Source: Catajapyx aquilonaris (Eukaryota). From it: a stretch of DNA of 64,000 bases. Shown in pieces: positions 12,100 to 25,994 of this stretch. The stretch is from assembly GCA_000934665.2 (NCBI GenBank), contig JYFJ02001304.1, positions 1 through 64,000 on the forward strand, written 5' to 3'. Below the pieces are notes generated by a model, which saw only the letters and a list, made by a program, of their open reading frames with translations, ran no database searches and was not told where the DNA came from. The position numbers and the translations under genes were made by a program. Numbering within the stretch: position 1 is the stretch's first letter; each line of letters starts with the position of its first letter.

Positions 12100-12230
12100 C
12101 GTTTTTGAAAAATCGATTAGAGACGATTTTATCGAGTTGAGAAAAATCGATAACATCGAAAATAATCGGTTCGTGATATATATCGATATATCGATCTACG
12201 TAACCGATACGATATTCCCAATCCCTACTT
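12100..12230 (+). promoter_or_regulatory. ATCGAT-rich proximal promoter with a DRE (TATCGATA) upstream of spn-E
   Basis: Perfect TATCGATA at 12181-12188 plus several ATCGAT/ATCGA copies within 150 bp of the ATG. Could also be hAT-MITE-derived. Confidence 0.4.
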
Positions 12231-12253
12231 CTTCTTCAGAAGGCGGGATAAAA

Positions 12254-15200
12254 ATGTCAGGCGCGGAAGACATTCGTTCGACGGTTCGGAACGGGACTGT
12301 CCAGCAGGGAATGGACGTCCCAAAAGTGGATCACAAGTATCGCTGGGAGATGATAGACCAATTCTTCAACTCGGATCACACGCCTCAGAAGATCCCTATA
12401 GGAAAAGTGATGAGCGTCTCGAACGGCGGGCTATGTTACGACCAGAACAACAGTTTGTTGGCTCGAAAGCAGCAGTCCTCATCAGCACAGCGGGACAGCA
12501 GGCCGACTCATGCTGACTGGGGTTCAGGTGGATGGTACGGTGCTGCTGGCCGGTACCGGGGAGCTGAACAGGACGAGGTATTGTACTATCGGGCAACTGG
12601 AGCGTATAGGGGGTCATTGACCTCAGGTTGGAATAAGAACATCCCTTACTTATTATAAATTAAATATAGGTCCATACGGGCTTCGCTTTGGTTTAGTTTT
12701 AGTATTTTTGTGGACTGAACGTAGGGGTCATTGACCTCGTGTGGAATTTATACACATCATCCAGGAAATAACGCTGGAAGGCAGCTGGAATTACAGGCAA
12801 TGTTACAAATGGAGCAGTTGCAATGTGTGTACCGTACCAAAAATGTAAACCAGATTACATATAGGACTGGACAATTATATACATTCATGTAACATATAAG
12901 AAGGGCTCCATGGAAGAAGGGGGTAACTAGATGGGAATTCCCATCTAGTTACCCCCTTCTTCCATGGAGCCCTTCATTATTGAGAGTGCTGCCATTACTT
13001 TAATTACAACCCTGCAATTGCAACACAGCCAGAAAACAATTAGTCCAGCTGGAAAATATCCATAGAAACAATGTTCAGCAAACGTTTCTGTCTGGAAATT
13101 TTTGGGTGATGCAACAGCCAACAGGACTTATAAGTTACAGCATGGTTACAGTAAGTTGGTGTCACTTTTAATGACACTTTAAAAAATCAGAACCTGTTCA
13201 ACTTGTACTGGTTGCAGTGCACAATGTTTATTGCCAACCTGAATTGTTGGTCCTGTAATTTTATAGCAAATGTGGATTAATTCTGTTGGTACGAATATGC
13301 CTAGGGTACAATCAATGATGTGTGATTGGCACTTTAAGTGGCAAAAATTTCTGCCAAAATTCAATACCTTTCACAGTAGGCTACTTTATTGCAGATTGTG
13401 TCTAACAAGCCTGTCCAACAGAGACAATTGCAGAATCTTCAGAAATATTGTGTTGTCCACATATGAGTCAGTTTCTGTGCAGTTATCCAGTCATGAGAGA
13501 TCCATATCTGGCCATTTTATTCTCAGTTCCATTACTCATGTGTCATGTCTCATCATTGCAAGTAAATCAGTGGCATATGTATTGATTTGGAAAGCTCATT
13601 TTATTAAGTATTCCAATGGGTCACAACTGCAATAAATGCTGAAGCTCATCACCTACATGTGGTACTGATTGCTTGCCTGATTGACTGATTTCAGTACTGT
13701 CACTTATGATTTGTGTGTGTTGTAGAGATGTTGACTATGAGTAGTCACATGTTACTTGTGTGCATACATGTTACCAGCACTGCAATTCCAGTTCAACATA
13801 CCTTTTCAGGAAGAAGAGGAGACTACCTGTCATGACTTTTCTCAACTGAGTGTGAAACCCTCATGTGAAACAGGCATGACTGCTCTAGAAATAGATGACT
13901 GCCACGCAGTATATAAGTACTATGACTTCACTAAGCACAGAGGAACACACTTGCCAATTAATTCATGCAAGGATGAAATTATAAAGGAGCTCCAAAACTC
14001 AAACACTCTTATTATAAGGGGATTTACTGGGTGTGGGAAGTCAACCCAGGCTCCTCAGTTTGTGCTGGACTACTGCTACGAGAGGAAGGAACCCTGCAAC
14101 ATCATTGTAGCACAGCCTAGGCGTATTGCAGCTAAGACTCTGGCCCAACGTGTTTGCGAAGAAAGGAACTGGAAACTAGGGACTCTTGTGGGCTACCAGG
14201 TATAGCGTTTAAAGTTTTATGTAGTGACACCACACCCTTTGTCTGAATCCCAGAAGGTTAACTTATTTGATACCTACTCCTTATACTTGATCCTCTTTTT
14301 GTGGATTATACAGCTCCATTCTCTGTGTTTAGGTTGGCATGGATCAGAAAGTCAGTGCAAGCACTAGACTTACTTACTGCACAACTGGTGTCCTGTTGGA
14401 AAAGATCATTACAAAGAAAAGGATAAATATGTTTTCGCATATAGTCCTAGATGAGGTCCATGAGAGGGACCAAGACATGGATATAGTCATGCTATTGATA
14501 CGCATGTACCACACTGAATCACCTGCAGTCAAGGTACAGTATAATGTTTCTGTACACTGCAAAATTGAGAGAGTTGCCCATGGATGATAGCTATATAACC
14601 ATTGGTTTTTTGCAGGTGATTTTGATGTCTGCTACATTTGATGTGCAAAAGTTTGCAAGATACATGACCCCTTTTGCAAACGTGAGGGTTCCCCCTCCAG
14701 TGATTGAAGTAGCAGAGAAGATGCTCTATGCAAATCCAATCTGTTATTTGAACCATCTGGATTACCAGCATCTGGGTCACCTGGGATCTGTGAGTAATTT
14801 AGTCATTGATTTACATTTTTGGATACGTTGTGAGATGCATAATTATGTCGCACTTAATTCATGTAAAATAGACAAATGTGACTCAACTTCCTGCACACTG
14901 CATATTAAAATGTGATGGCAAACAGTCACTAGGTGAAAGGGATTTTTCTCCTCTTAGGCATATGTGTGGGGTTTTTGTTTTATTGGTGGCTGTTATTGGC
15001 ATGTGGGCTTAACTTCTTCAACACCTACACTGGGGTCCAGAAATGGAGATTTTATTACGGTATCACAGTGATGACTGATGAATGGTTCACACTTATAGGC
15101 TAATGGAATGTATAACTCTCCTATCAGCAACAAAGCCAGGAATTTCTTATCTGCTCTATGACAGCATAACTAACACATGTGGCAAATTATATACTTCTTG

Positions 15201-18200
15201 CATTAGAGTCACATATTCACTAAAATGACTCATGGAAAGTATATGCTGGAGGAGAAACCCTCTCTGCCTTCTACCTCACTCTATCGTTACTTTCTCCTGA
15301 CCACCACAGCTGTTGCATGGAGGTGTGACCATGGCATGCACTGGTGTGGTTGGGCTGTAGTTGATCGAATGCCTGGCATGGTGATGGTGGCACTGTGGCT
15401 TTGCATATGTTGGTGTTTGTGGTGATGTGGTGATGGATGTGTGGCATTATGGCTGTATTTTTCTTTCTGTGGGAATTATATTTGATGATCCGTACAATAT
15501 TTCACTGAGAATATTATGGCAATGTTATTATTATTATTATTATTGCACATTGCAGGATATTGACATAATAAGTTACTTCATTACGGAGCTGGTGACATTG
15601 TGAGCAACATTAATTTTAAGCATTTGTCTGTAGAGGGAACATATTTAACAAGCCACTGGCATAGTACATAACTTACCTAAATTGCACGCATAGTTGGGTT
15701 GAGACAATGACCTATTTCCTCTTTTTACTAACTCTTAAAATAATCCATGTTGAGTCACATTTCACACATTATTCTGAACATAAAGAGCCAATAACTGGGC
15801 CTTATTACTAGTGAAGAAACAAAGTCATATTATTATGTAAACATTATTTTGGGACCCATTTTTTCCTAGTTGTGTGCTGGAATAGTGCTGAGAGTAGGCC
15901 TATATATGTTTTCACCCCCATACCAATTTTCAGTCTTATGTTATTTATTTTGTTACTCTCACTCTGCATGAAGCATTTACTGCACGACATTACCTACCAG
16001 GATGGTACCACTGTTGCAACTTAACCAATGCCATCATGGATCATGAGAATTATTTATGGGTGATTTTCAGAGATGGTGAACAATCACTTTCCCATTACGA
16101 CAGTGCCAGCTCTAGTCTACCTGCAGGCTCTCATGCTGCACTCCACACCACAGCGCGCCATCATATATTACAGTATGTTTCAATCTTTTATGAGTATTTC
16201 ATTGCAGTCTAAAGTACCAAAACCATATGCAAAGCTGCACCACCAGGTAAGATATAAGGATATTGAATTTGGTTTTTCTTGATTGGTCACAGTTTCACCT
16301 GTATTTTTAAGGCAGGAGTGTAATGCACTGCTGGATAGGCCAAAGATCTCCCCAGTGCATCACAACCTTCGGACTGTTAGTCTACATGCAGCATTAGCAG
16401 TTTGTTAATTCACATTCATGTGTATAATGTGTAGGCTACTGCCTAGTTTTATTCACTGTTGAGGGAACACCAGAATGGAGATGAAACCAGGGGTGTACAC
16501 TTTACTGCCACATATTATTCACTGAGGAGTGTTACCTCCTGATGAATTAATTGCTTCATTTCAGACCAAAAAATGTGCCCAGCAGAAGCTTATTAATTTT
16601 TAAAAAATGAAAACTGTCAAAATTGCCTGGTAATTTTATTGCTTATGTCACTCAGATCATTCTAGATGCTTATTACTGTGCTGAATGCTGTGTGTGAGGT
16701 TGTAGTTTTAAATGCACCAAGAAGGATATGATACGGTGATCATACGCCAGTAATGGTGGAGAGAGTACCTTATTGTGGAATAATTATTATGGTAACAGGA
16801 GTAGGTCAGGAGGTTCAAATCTGATTATTTATCCCTTATTATTGCCATTGAAAAAGCTACCTGAACTAAAAATGGATGAGCCTAAACTCTACAAGGAGTT
16901 TGTGAAGATAGCAGTGAACTTCTTGAAGAAGTTAGACGTCAGAAGTTCCCTGCAAAATGCCATTCTCATCTTCCTGCCTGGTCTTGCTGAGATAGAGAAG
17001 ATGATGCGAACTTTGGAAGAAGCAAAGGAGAGTGAAAATAGGAAGTGGTGGATATTGCCGCTGCACTCAAGTGTCACTGATGAGGAGCAGAATGAAGTCC
17101 TCCATTCCAAACCAGGGCACCTGAAAATTATCCTGGCTACTAACATAGCTGAGAGCTCCATCACTGTGCCTGATGTTGGCATAGGTAGGACAGTTTGCTT
17201 TTTTTAAACAACATTTAACACATCGTTTCCAGATTTATTGGTTTAACTTGAGCATATAGGGCATGTTTATATGTACTACAAGCAAGACACTTCATTTATA
17301 TTATTGGTAATAGTTGTGGACTTCTGCCTGACCAAGATTTTGAAGACTAGACCTGAAGACAACCTTTCATATCTCTCTTTGGAATGGGCTGCCAAGACAA
17401 ATTGCATGCAGAGAGCGGGACGTGCTGGGCGAGTGAAGGATGGTTGTGTGTATCGCATGGTGTCCAAGGAATTTTATGACGACTTCATGCAAGATGAACC
17501 CACACCAGAGATACTGAGATCCCCTTTAGAAGGAACCATCCTTCACTTGAAGATGCTTCAGATGAAAGAGTCGCCCGCGCATCTGCTTGAATTCGCCTTG
17601 GATCCACCTGGACCACAATCTGTAATGACCAGCATTTTGGTTCTCAAAGAGGTTAGTATCAAATTGCCGCTAGCATGGTAATTTCAACTTCTGCAGTACA
17701 TTATTGTGCATGTGCTCATCACAGTGAGGCAGTGAAAAAGATGTGCAAGTTCATGGTCATAATTATTATTATTATGTAACTGCAAGTTCTGCATGTGTAT
17801 ATATATGACATTTTATATGTATTGTTATCAGTGGGTAAAAATGGTTTATTGTAGGTTGGAGCATTGACCTTGACCTACAAAGGCAAACCAGATCTTCACA
17901 ATGGTGACCTGACATATCTAGGTGTAGCAATGGGCAGTCTTCCTCTGGACATGCATATCTCAAAACTCATAGTTTTTGGATATTTATTTGGTGTCTTGGA
18001 GGAAGCCATCATAATTGGTACGGTTTTCTGTTCCCATCATATCCTTCCTTTGCATTGAATCATAAAAAGTAACCCTGAAAAATATGTTTTTAAGGAGCTG
18101 CTTTGAGTCTGAGGAGTCCTTTCAAGGCCCCTTTCAAGAAGAATAAGCTGCTGGCCTACCAGGGAAAGGTATCATGTGCCAAGAGGTCCAAGAGTGATTG

Positions 18201-18941
18201 TCTAGCGATGCTCTCTGCATACCGTGTAAGGTTTAATCTGTTCCATTGTCATGAACTGAAGTCAAAATTATACTGAAGTATTATTTCATTTTTCAGCAAT
18301 GGAAAATGTATGTATCAGATACTCAAAGAGACTACGGGAGGGAGAAAGCTAAGAAGCATTGCAAAAGCCACTTCCTGCAGGAGAAAGTGCTGAAGGAGCA
18401 AGATGCTTTTATTGCAGAGATAAAAACAAGGCTAAAAAACGTGGGGCTTTATGATATGTACCCCTCTCCCAAGTGGAAGGAAAATGAGAGGAAGTTCCAC
18501 GCCCTAAAGGTAATGTCGCAGAAATGTAGAATGTTTGGTCAGTTGAACTTTGGAAGAATCATTAGTATAGACTACCTCTTCCTTGATTATCTCTTATAAC
18601 CCTACCGTTTTCCCAGACGGCCATAGCAGGAGCGTTTTACCCAAACTATTTTGTGAGAGAAAGTGGAGGTGTAGATGAAAACAGTGCTGTGAAGGACCTT
18701 GCAGGAGGAGATCCGAAACTCACCGTGTCAATGAAGGCTTCAGTGCCTGTTGAGCATTTAAGCTCCATGGCCCATGTGCGAGGAGTCGTTGATACCTTCT
18801 TTGAAGGATGCCCCCCAATAAAGGATGTATTCTTTGACTCCAGCAGGCAAGTATACGGTACATCATCAGAGAAAATAAAGAGAACATTTATTTTTATAAT
18901 GTTTGGAACCATCCTGTTGTGTTCTGAATGCAACACATTTC

Positions 18942-19016
<75 letters not shown>

Positions 19017-21963
19017 TGTTTGTTGTCTGAAGTTGTTGTTTGCATCAAACAGCTTCAACAAACCATATGATTTTACAAGTCATGTCTTTTCAGGATGTTT
19101 GTGGAATTTTCACAAAATGCTCAGGATAACATGTTCTCCAGTGAGATATCTGCTGGTGTCTACTATGCTCTGAAAATGAAGCACACTGGAAACAGACTGA
19201 GGGTCCCAGAAACACCGTAAGCAATAATCATGTGGCAATAATAAATGTGTCTCAATAATAAATCACAGGCTTTATAATCATATATGGTACCACCGCAGTA
19301 GGGTGAATGGAACCAATCACGTGATTGCTCGGAGGATGGGATATGGCGATGGGCAAAACTACGGCTCAAGCTGCCCATTACAGATAGATCTGCCGCCAAC
19401 TTATGAAAATCAGATTGCCGTCGTCGTGGTCCATGTGAGTCTGCTACATAATTTCTCAAGTAAAATATAATTAAGAAGCCAGGAAATTAATTGGGGTTTT
19501 AAACCAAACAGGTGAATGATCCAAGACAGTTCTGGGTCCAATACTGGGCGTGCCAGGATGCATTTAAGCACATGTTGACGCTTGTAAGCGAGCACCTGAG
19601 GACCTTGAAGCCTCTACAAGAATTACCTATTGTTGGTGGTTTGTACTTGGCAAGATACAGGGGTTTACCAGACCTGTACCGCGTTCAGGTGATGGCAGTG
19701 ACAGGTCCGGAGATTTCGGTAAGTACCTTAAAATAATTTTTGCAAGGCATGTACGCTTCCCTATAACAAAGTACCAAGAACGGTTCAATTCTGCAAATTA
19801 CTTAGCCTAATATAATTCTTATACAGGTGCGTTACCTTGACTTTGGAAACACCGCTGTCCTCAAAAGGAGGAGCGAGCTGTTTGCCATTCCGAAACTGAA
19901 CCCAATGATGGATACGAAACAAGACAAGTGGTGGGAGAATGGTCGCCTGCCCCGTGACTTAGATGCCCTAGTACTCGCATTGCGGATGATGCCAGCTTTG
20001 GCAGTGGAATGCTGCCTGTCAGAGATATCTCGTGATTGGGTACGCTCATCAAAACATGACTCTTGGCACCCTTATGCTTGCGAATATGTCATGAGGGCAG
20101 AGAATGAGCCTTTATGTTACGCCAACATATACTCCACTGTGAGCAGCGTAATGGCCATAGAACTGCTTATTCCCAAGAAGAAGGTTAGTTGGATGGCAAC
20201 GAATTTCATGCCATAAAATAAAGTTCTTTAGTAAGTAAAGTGGATAGTATAGCAGCTCTGTCAGTTATATTCACTGTCAGGTTTTGATAATATTGCTTGA
20301 TAATATGCCGATTCATTAATTCGTGTGTAATTTCACGTTTTAAGCTTTGCCAACCTGACATCTCTTTGGCTGAATCTGACTTGTGGAATGTCGGAGAGGA
20401 ACTCATCAAGAAGGGCTATGCGGTTAGGACCGAAGAGTGGCTCTTGTCTAAAAAGAATCATGCGGATCGAATGAAGTGGGCACAAAACGCTACCATTGGG
20501 AACATGAGCTTATTCTTTCCAGGGAAAGCTTCAATTCCAAAACCCACTCCTAATAAGATGGGCATGAAGATGGGAGAAATGGATGGAGAAGTGAGTCGTA
20601 CAGAAATTACATAAGTACAGTTCAATATAATGGTGTCGTAGTCCTAAAAGATTTCTACTGTTGTTACATAATGTTGTTTTTTTTTCCCCATACCAATTCT
20701 CATTAAGGCTGGCCATCCATTCACACTGGTAATAAAATATTGCAGGAGGTGATTTTTAGTGGGCCCGACTCACCCCTAGAGATGCGGATGTTCAGCCCTC
20801 TTCGCAGCAACGAAGGAAAACGTGTGGAGGTGGAGCATGACTCGGTCAACTCCATCCTCCTGGAAGAAGAACCGCACGACCCCCACATCCGGTTGATGGT
20901 GGCCTGCAGCGTTGATGGAAACAGCCACGGCAGCCTCATGCTGGCCAAAAACACCACGCTGCTTCCATCCATCCCGGGTCTGCCGGCCATCATGTCCATG
21001 CTGTTTTCTCCAGCAATGGAACTCCAGGTGGATTCCCAAGGGACTGGATATGCCGGGGCTCTCTGCGGCCTTGGACATGTGGTGGGAAGCTGTGAGCCGC
21101 TCTTCCCAGAGCACGACAATAAAGTGAGGTTTGATGTTCATTTTGATCAGGATGACATCAAGACGGTGAGTCTGTTTTTATAGTTAGCACCTGGAACGTA
21201 GGATATGACAGAGAGAACTATTCTTTACTCTTATGCAGATCAATAGCATCAAGGAGACACTCCACAACACGATCAAAGTTGATCGTAGCAATAATGGATT
21301 GCGCCTCGTGGTGAACAAGACAGCTTTGGCCGACTGCCACAGGCACGTCAATGACGAGCTGTTCAAGTGAGTAAAATTCAACAACATAATATAATGTATT
21401 GACATCAGAACGGACAAAATTTTTTGGTTGAATCAATATTAATTCTGATTTATAGAGTCTATATAGAAATATGTTTGACATTTTAATATCTACCTCTTAT
21501 TATTATAAAAAGGCTTCTGCAGAGGAAGCGAGAACCAAGAAATGTGGAGAGCAGTTACTCATTTGGGTGGACCCTGCTGTCGGCGGATGAGAAGCTGAGG
21601 AAAATCACTCCGTTTGGCCAGCAATTGCACCTCAACAATGCAGAGCTGGTAAACAAAGCCCTCCACAAGCTGCGCACCCTGGCTGCAGAGTACGTCATTT
21701 GAGTGCTTCCAAATCATTATTGTTGCACATATTGGCATTTATGATTATTTAAAATAATTTTGTCTTATATTATTATTATTATTAGGAATCAGGATCATGT
21801 GGCAACAATATGCTGCCCGCTATGCGGCAACAAGAGGCTTGAAACTAAGATGAGCATATTGTTGCACCTTCAGACCAAGAAGCACATCAAGAGAGAGGAA
21901 GAATTCGTGGGACACGACATCGAAAAGACGAGTACAACTGTTGATTTAGATGTGTTTTATTGA
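12254..21963 (+). CDS. spn-E: ATP-dependent RNA helicase spindle-E / TDRD9 (piRNA pathway), ~19 exons
   Basis: GFTGCGKST, QPRRIAA, DEVHERD, MSAT, ATNIAESSITVPDV, QRAGRAGR, HA2 (LTYLG..MGSLPLD), RRM-like region, Tudor (FWVQY; VRYLDFGN), GPDSPLEM, C-terminal CPLC..H....H finger. Approximate exons: 12254-12577, 13810-14199, 14333-14533, 14616-14789, 16857-17184, 17313-17650, 17855-18017, 18095-18224, 18297-18508, 18617-18846, 19094-19216, 19299-19434, 19512-19718, 19827-20182, 20345-20590, 20746-21165, 21239-21366, 21513-21689, 21786-21963. Confidence 0.95.
12900..12975. repeat. Perfect 76-bp palindrome (38+38, no spacer) in a spn-E intron
   Basis: GAAGGGCTCCATGGAAGAAGGGGGTAACTAGATGGGAA|TTCCCATCTAGTTACCCCCTTCTTCCATGGAGCCCTTC. 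Confidence 0.95.
18943..19012. repeat. (ATT)n microsatellite in a spn-E intron
   Basis: Direct reading. Confidence 0.95.
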
Positions 21964-22405
21964 ATATGTCAATTACATATGATTGTTCAAGTAATGTTTC
22001 TAATGTTTGATACGTACCGGTACATAATTTTGCATGCTGATGACCAAAAAGCTTATGAGTTTGACACAGTCTATCGATTGTTGTTCTGATGTTTGATAAA
22101 TTATTCTAATGGCAGAATTTGTTGTTAATTAATAATTATTAATAGTAGTGTATGACATCCAAAGGCGCATGCGCTCGATTCATTTTCAGGGCGTTACGTG
22201 CAGTTGTAGGTGTTGGCTGATCCAGCCGGCGACAGGAACGCACCCGCTTCAAGATGGCGTCATAACCAGCTGTAATTTTTTTTCCATTGATAATATTATT
22301 ATTATTTAATCCTGGAAGAAAGACAGGCTGATTCCTCTCATAGTGTGCAACGTGTCCAGAGCGACCCCCTGGAAAGTCTGGAGTCACAAGATCTTCAGTG
22401 TCAAG

Positions 22406-24608
22406 ATGCCTCCCTTTGTTACCTGCTGCGTGTCGTCATGTCCCAACAGCAGCCTCCACATGGGGCTGAGGACTGCTGGAAACAAGAACGTGACGTACTT
22501 CCCATTTCCAACGGACCAGTCCATGCAGCTCTTCTGGATGCAGGCCATACTCAAGCCCAACCTTGCTCACGTTTGCTCCAACCATTTCCTCCAGTGCGAT
22601 ATGATTCCGCTCGACAGATCAAATCCGATGAGCCAATCAATCCTGAAGAGCACAGCCATGCCCGTACTCAACCTGCCGATGACTACAGGTCCGTATTTCT
22701 CCTATCCTATGGAAAAGCGCTAACATTGAGCTTATACTTTCAGCGATCAGAAAGGAGATCCGCCAAGTGCCGCTAATATCCGGCACGTCCAGCAAACCAG
22801 CCACGGCAACAACACGAGCGCCAGTACCAGTCCAACAAAACCAGCCGCCTGCTTTCATAATATACAGCCAGCCACAGCCAGGTATTGTCGCCCATCAGCA
22901 CTTGTCGTAAATAGTAAAAGTGACAGAAACATGTTGGTTTCAAAAGGCCTCAAATTACAAACCGAGGGCATTGGTCGTGATTACTAATTTGATGATATTC
23001 CTTTCCAGTTATGCAGGTTGCGCGTCCTTTTCTACTGACTCCTCAGACACAGAGAATGCCTCTGCCTCGAGTGACTCCGGCAAGAGTTCGCCAGACAACT
23101 CCGGCAAGGACGTTCCAACCGATTTCAGCAAAGGTGCCCCTAATAGCTTCATCGAAAGTGCGCCAAATAACACCAGCAAACGTGCGACAAATGACGCCAG
23201 CGAACGTACGACAAGTGATGCCGGCAAATGTGCGGAAAATGACAAGAGTTGTCCAAGCGACCGCAGCAAAAACAGCGCCACTGCAAGATAAAATGTCGCC
23301 AAAAAGTGATGATTCCGACATGAATGAAGTTTGGATTCCTGAAGTCAAAATAGAGATTGAGTATGAGGATTTATTTATTAAAAAGGACACTTTAGCGTTA
23401 ATTAATTTTGGTCGTAGCGATAATATCAATACTGCAGACTTTTCGAGTTGAAAAATTTCCCGTTTAATTTCATCCCCATTTTTCTCGTTTTCAGGGAAGA
23501 AGATAATCCACTTCATGTACCTGACAGATTCTCACCAACAATGCAGACCGGCTCGCCATCAATTAAGCAAGAAGTTCAGGACGAATCAGGCGAGAGCATA
23601 TTACCCGACCGCAGTCAACTGTGCGATACTTGTGGTGAAACGTATCACCTGACTCATGACTGCAGGGGTACCATGGATGATTCTGACGATGGGGACTCGA
23701 GTGACAATGACAACATACTGGAGCCGATTGTGCAATTGGAGGAGGGACCGGCCTTGAGCAGTGAATTCGGAAGCAAGAACTACTCACCAGAAGGTGTATC
23801 GCTCAATCCTAAAGTGTTCAGTTGTGAAACATGCGGGAAGAATTTCAGTAGCGAGCAGTGGCTGAAGAATCACGAGGCTAATACCTGCCCGGCTCTGCGT
23901 AAATACGTATGTGAGACGTGCCAGAAGGTGTTCACGACTAAAAACTCTCTCATCGTCCATCGCCGGTTGCACACTGGGGAGAAGCCGCATGTGTGCCACA
24001 TATGTGGGAAAGCTTATTTTCAGAGCATGCAGTTGAAAGTCCACCTGCGGACTCATACTGGGGAGAGGCCATACTTGTGCGAGACATGCGGAAAGGCCTT
24101 TCCGTGCAAGACGTCCCTAAATTCTCATAGTTTCACCCACACCGAGAAGAAGAAGTACCACTGCAGCATATGTAACAAGACACTGAGCGGCAGTAAATCA
24201 TGGCTGATTCATCGCCGGAGACATGCTGGCGTGAAGCCTCACCAGTGCAAAATATGTGGCAACACATACTTTACCGGCACAGATTTGAAGAGGCACATGG
24301 CGATGCACACTGGCGAGAAACCGATGCAGTGTACCACCTGCGGAAGATCATTTCGTAACAAGCAAGTGCTGATAAATCACATCAGGACTCACACCGGCGA
24401 ACAGCCTTACAAATGCGAGATATGCGGCAGGAAGTTCACCCAAAAGGTGGCTATGACGACGCACCTGAAAGTTCACACCGGGGAGAAATCATTCGAGTGT
24501 CAGACGTGCGGAAGAAGATTTGCCTTGAAAGCCACGCTATTGAAGCACGAACATATTCACACTCGAAGAGAAGAGCAAGCGGCTTCTAGAGAGTCGGACA
24601 GTAGTTGA
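22406..24608 (+). CDS. THAP-C2H2 zinc-finger gene 1
   Basis: Exons 22406-22688, 22751-22881, 23009-23360, 23495-24608 are phase-compatible. THAP: CCVSSC..YFPFP..W..AILKP..HVCSNHF..AMPVLNL. One C2HC plus 8 C2H2 fingers with TGEKP linkers. Confidence 0.85.
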
Positions 24609-25994
24609 TCCGTCGTTCTAGGTGAACAGTCGTTGTAGTTTGCTTCGTACCGGAATCCGCGTAATTTATCACGGTTATGTATAATGATTACTTGCGCATA
24701 ATTTTTCATGTTTGTAGCATTCAATTCCACTTGAAGCGTTGAACGTACGTGCTGTAGCATTACTTCCATTTGAATTCCCTTTCATATAATCATAACAAAG
24801 CATCATACTCTCAGCGCAATATTATTCTCGACCGTGCTTTTCATATGGACAAGTGTCCGGAATTTTTTGTTTTTACTCCTTCAATACCTGAAGAGTACCA
24901 GTTTTGAGTTAATTTATCTGTTTTTTTTTGTCGCGATGTTTTGATTTTCATTGTTGTAATATGGTGGGTGTCATTTTGTAAACCGATATATCTGAAGCTT
25001 TCATTACATAAGTTAACAAGTAGTTCAATGCGCGCTATGGGACGGAACGGTGTAGACTTGTTTGTACTTGTACGACACTCGAGTAACCGCCGCTTGTGTC
25101 TTTTGTAGCTTCTAATTAGCCTGTGTGTACTGACGACTAATGAGCAAATATTAATTAATTCCACAATACATCCCGAGACATAACTTTAATGACAAAGTAT
25201 CTTGTAGCCAAGCTTTAATTTGTGTGACGTCCCTGTGTGCGCTTAGGTTTAATCCGCACTGTGAAATCATACATGATTGTTAATGTAAAAAAAAAACTGC
25301 ATCATGTAAATTTGCATTACAACTTTGGTTTATAAGTTTGATGTAATTATGCGCAGAGTGTAATTGCATCCCGTGTAGTTATTACAACTGAATCGTGCAA
25401 ACGTGGCTGAATTATTTTTAAAAAATCATGTCATATTAATAAAAAAATGCCGATTCTAGATCCTGCATTTTTTTTTGACCAATTGCCACTATCCTCAATC
25501 ATATTTAAATTAACGTAATTACGGTATGTACAATACGGTACGTCAAAAACGCTATATTTAGTCACCAGAGGCGCTGCTGTCTCTAATTGTTCTGGCCTCA
25601 TCTGGGCCTGATTTAAATATAATAAAAGTAGTCCTTTATAAGTTTATAGGGTAAATATTCCACATATTATACTTAATAATATATTTTGTTCTATATTTTT
25701 AATCATATAAAAAAAAGGGCAGCTTGTTGCACAGCCACCGGAACGCACCTTTTTCAATGGATTTCAATATGGCGTCTCTTGCTGTTCACTTTCGTTCGAA
25801 TTCCATCTGAAAAAAAATTGTTCTGTGGTCGTCCGTTGATCCCACAGCATCACTTTTGGGTCCAGTTTAATCCCAAGGATTCGAAGCAGCGTCGGCAACA
25901 TTTAGAAGAAGGTATGTAGGGTCGATTATTATTAAATTTCATGTATACTACAAAATTTTTAGACATTTATTGTCTTCTGTCCAGTTGATTGAAG

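Noticed and set aside
14790..16856. Nested gene in the 2-kb spn-E intron
   Set aside because: Only short ORFs without motifs; no recognisable snoRNA or tRNA structure by eye.
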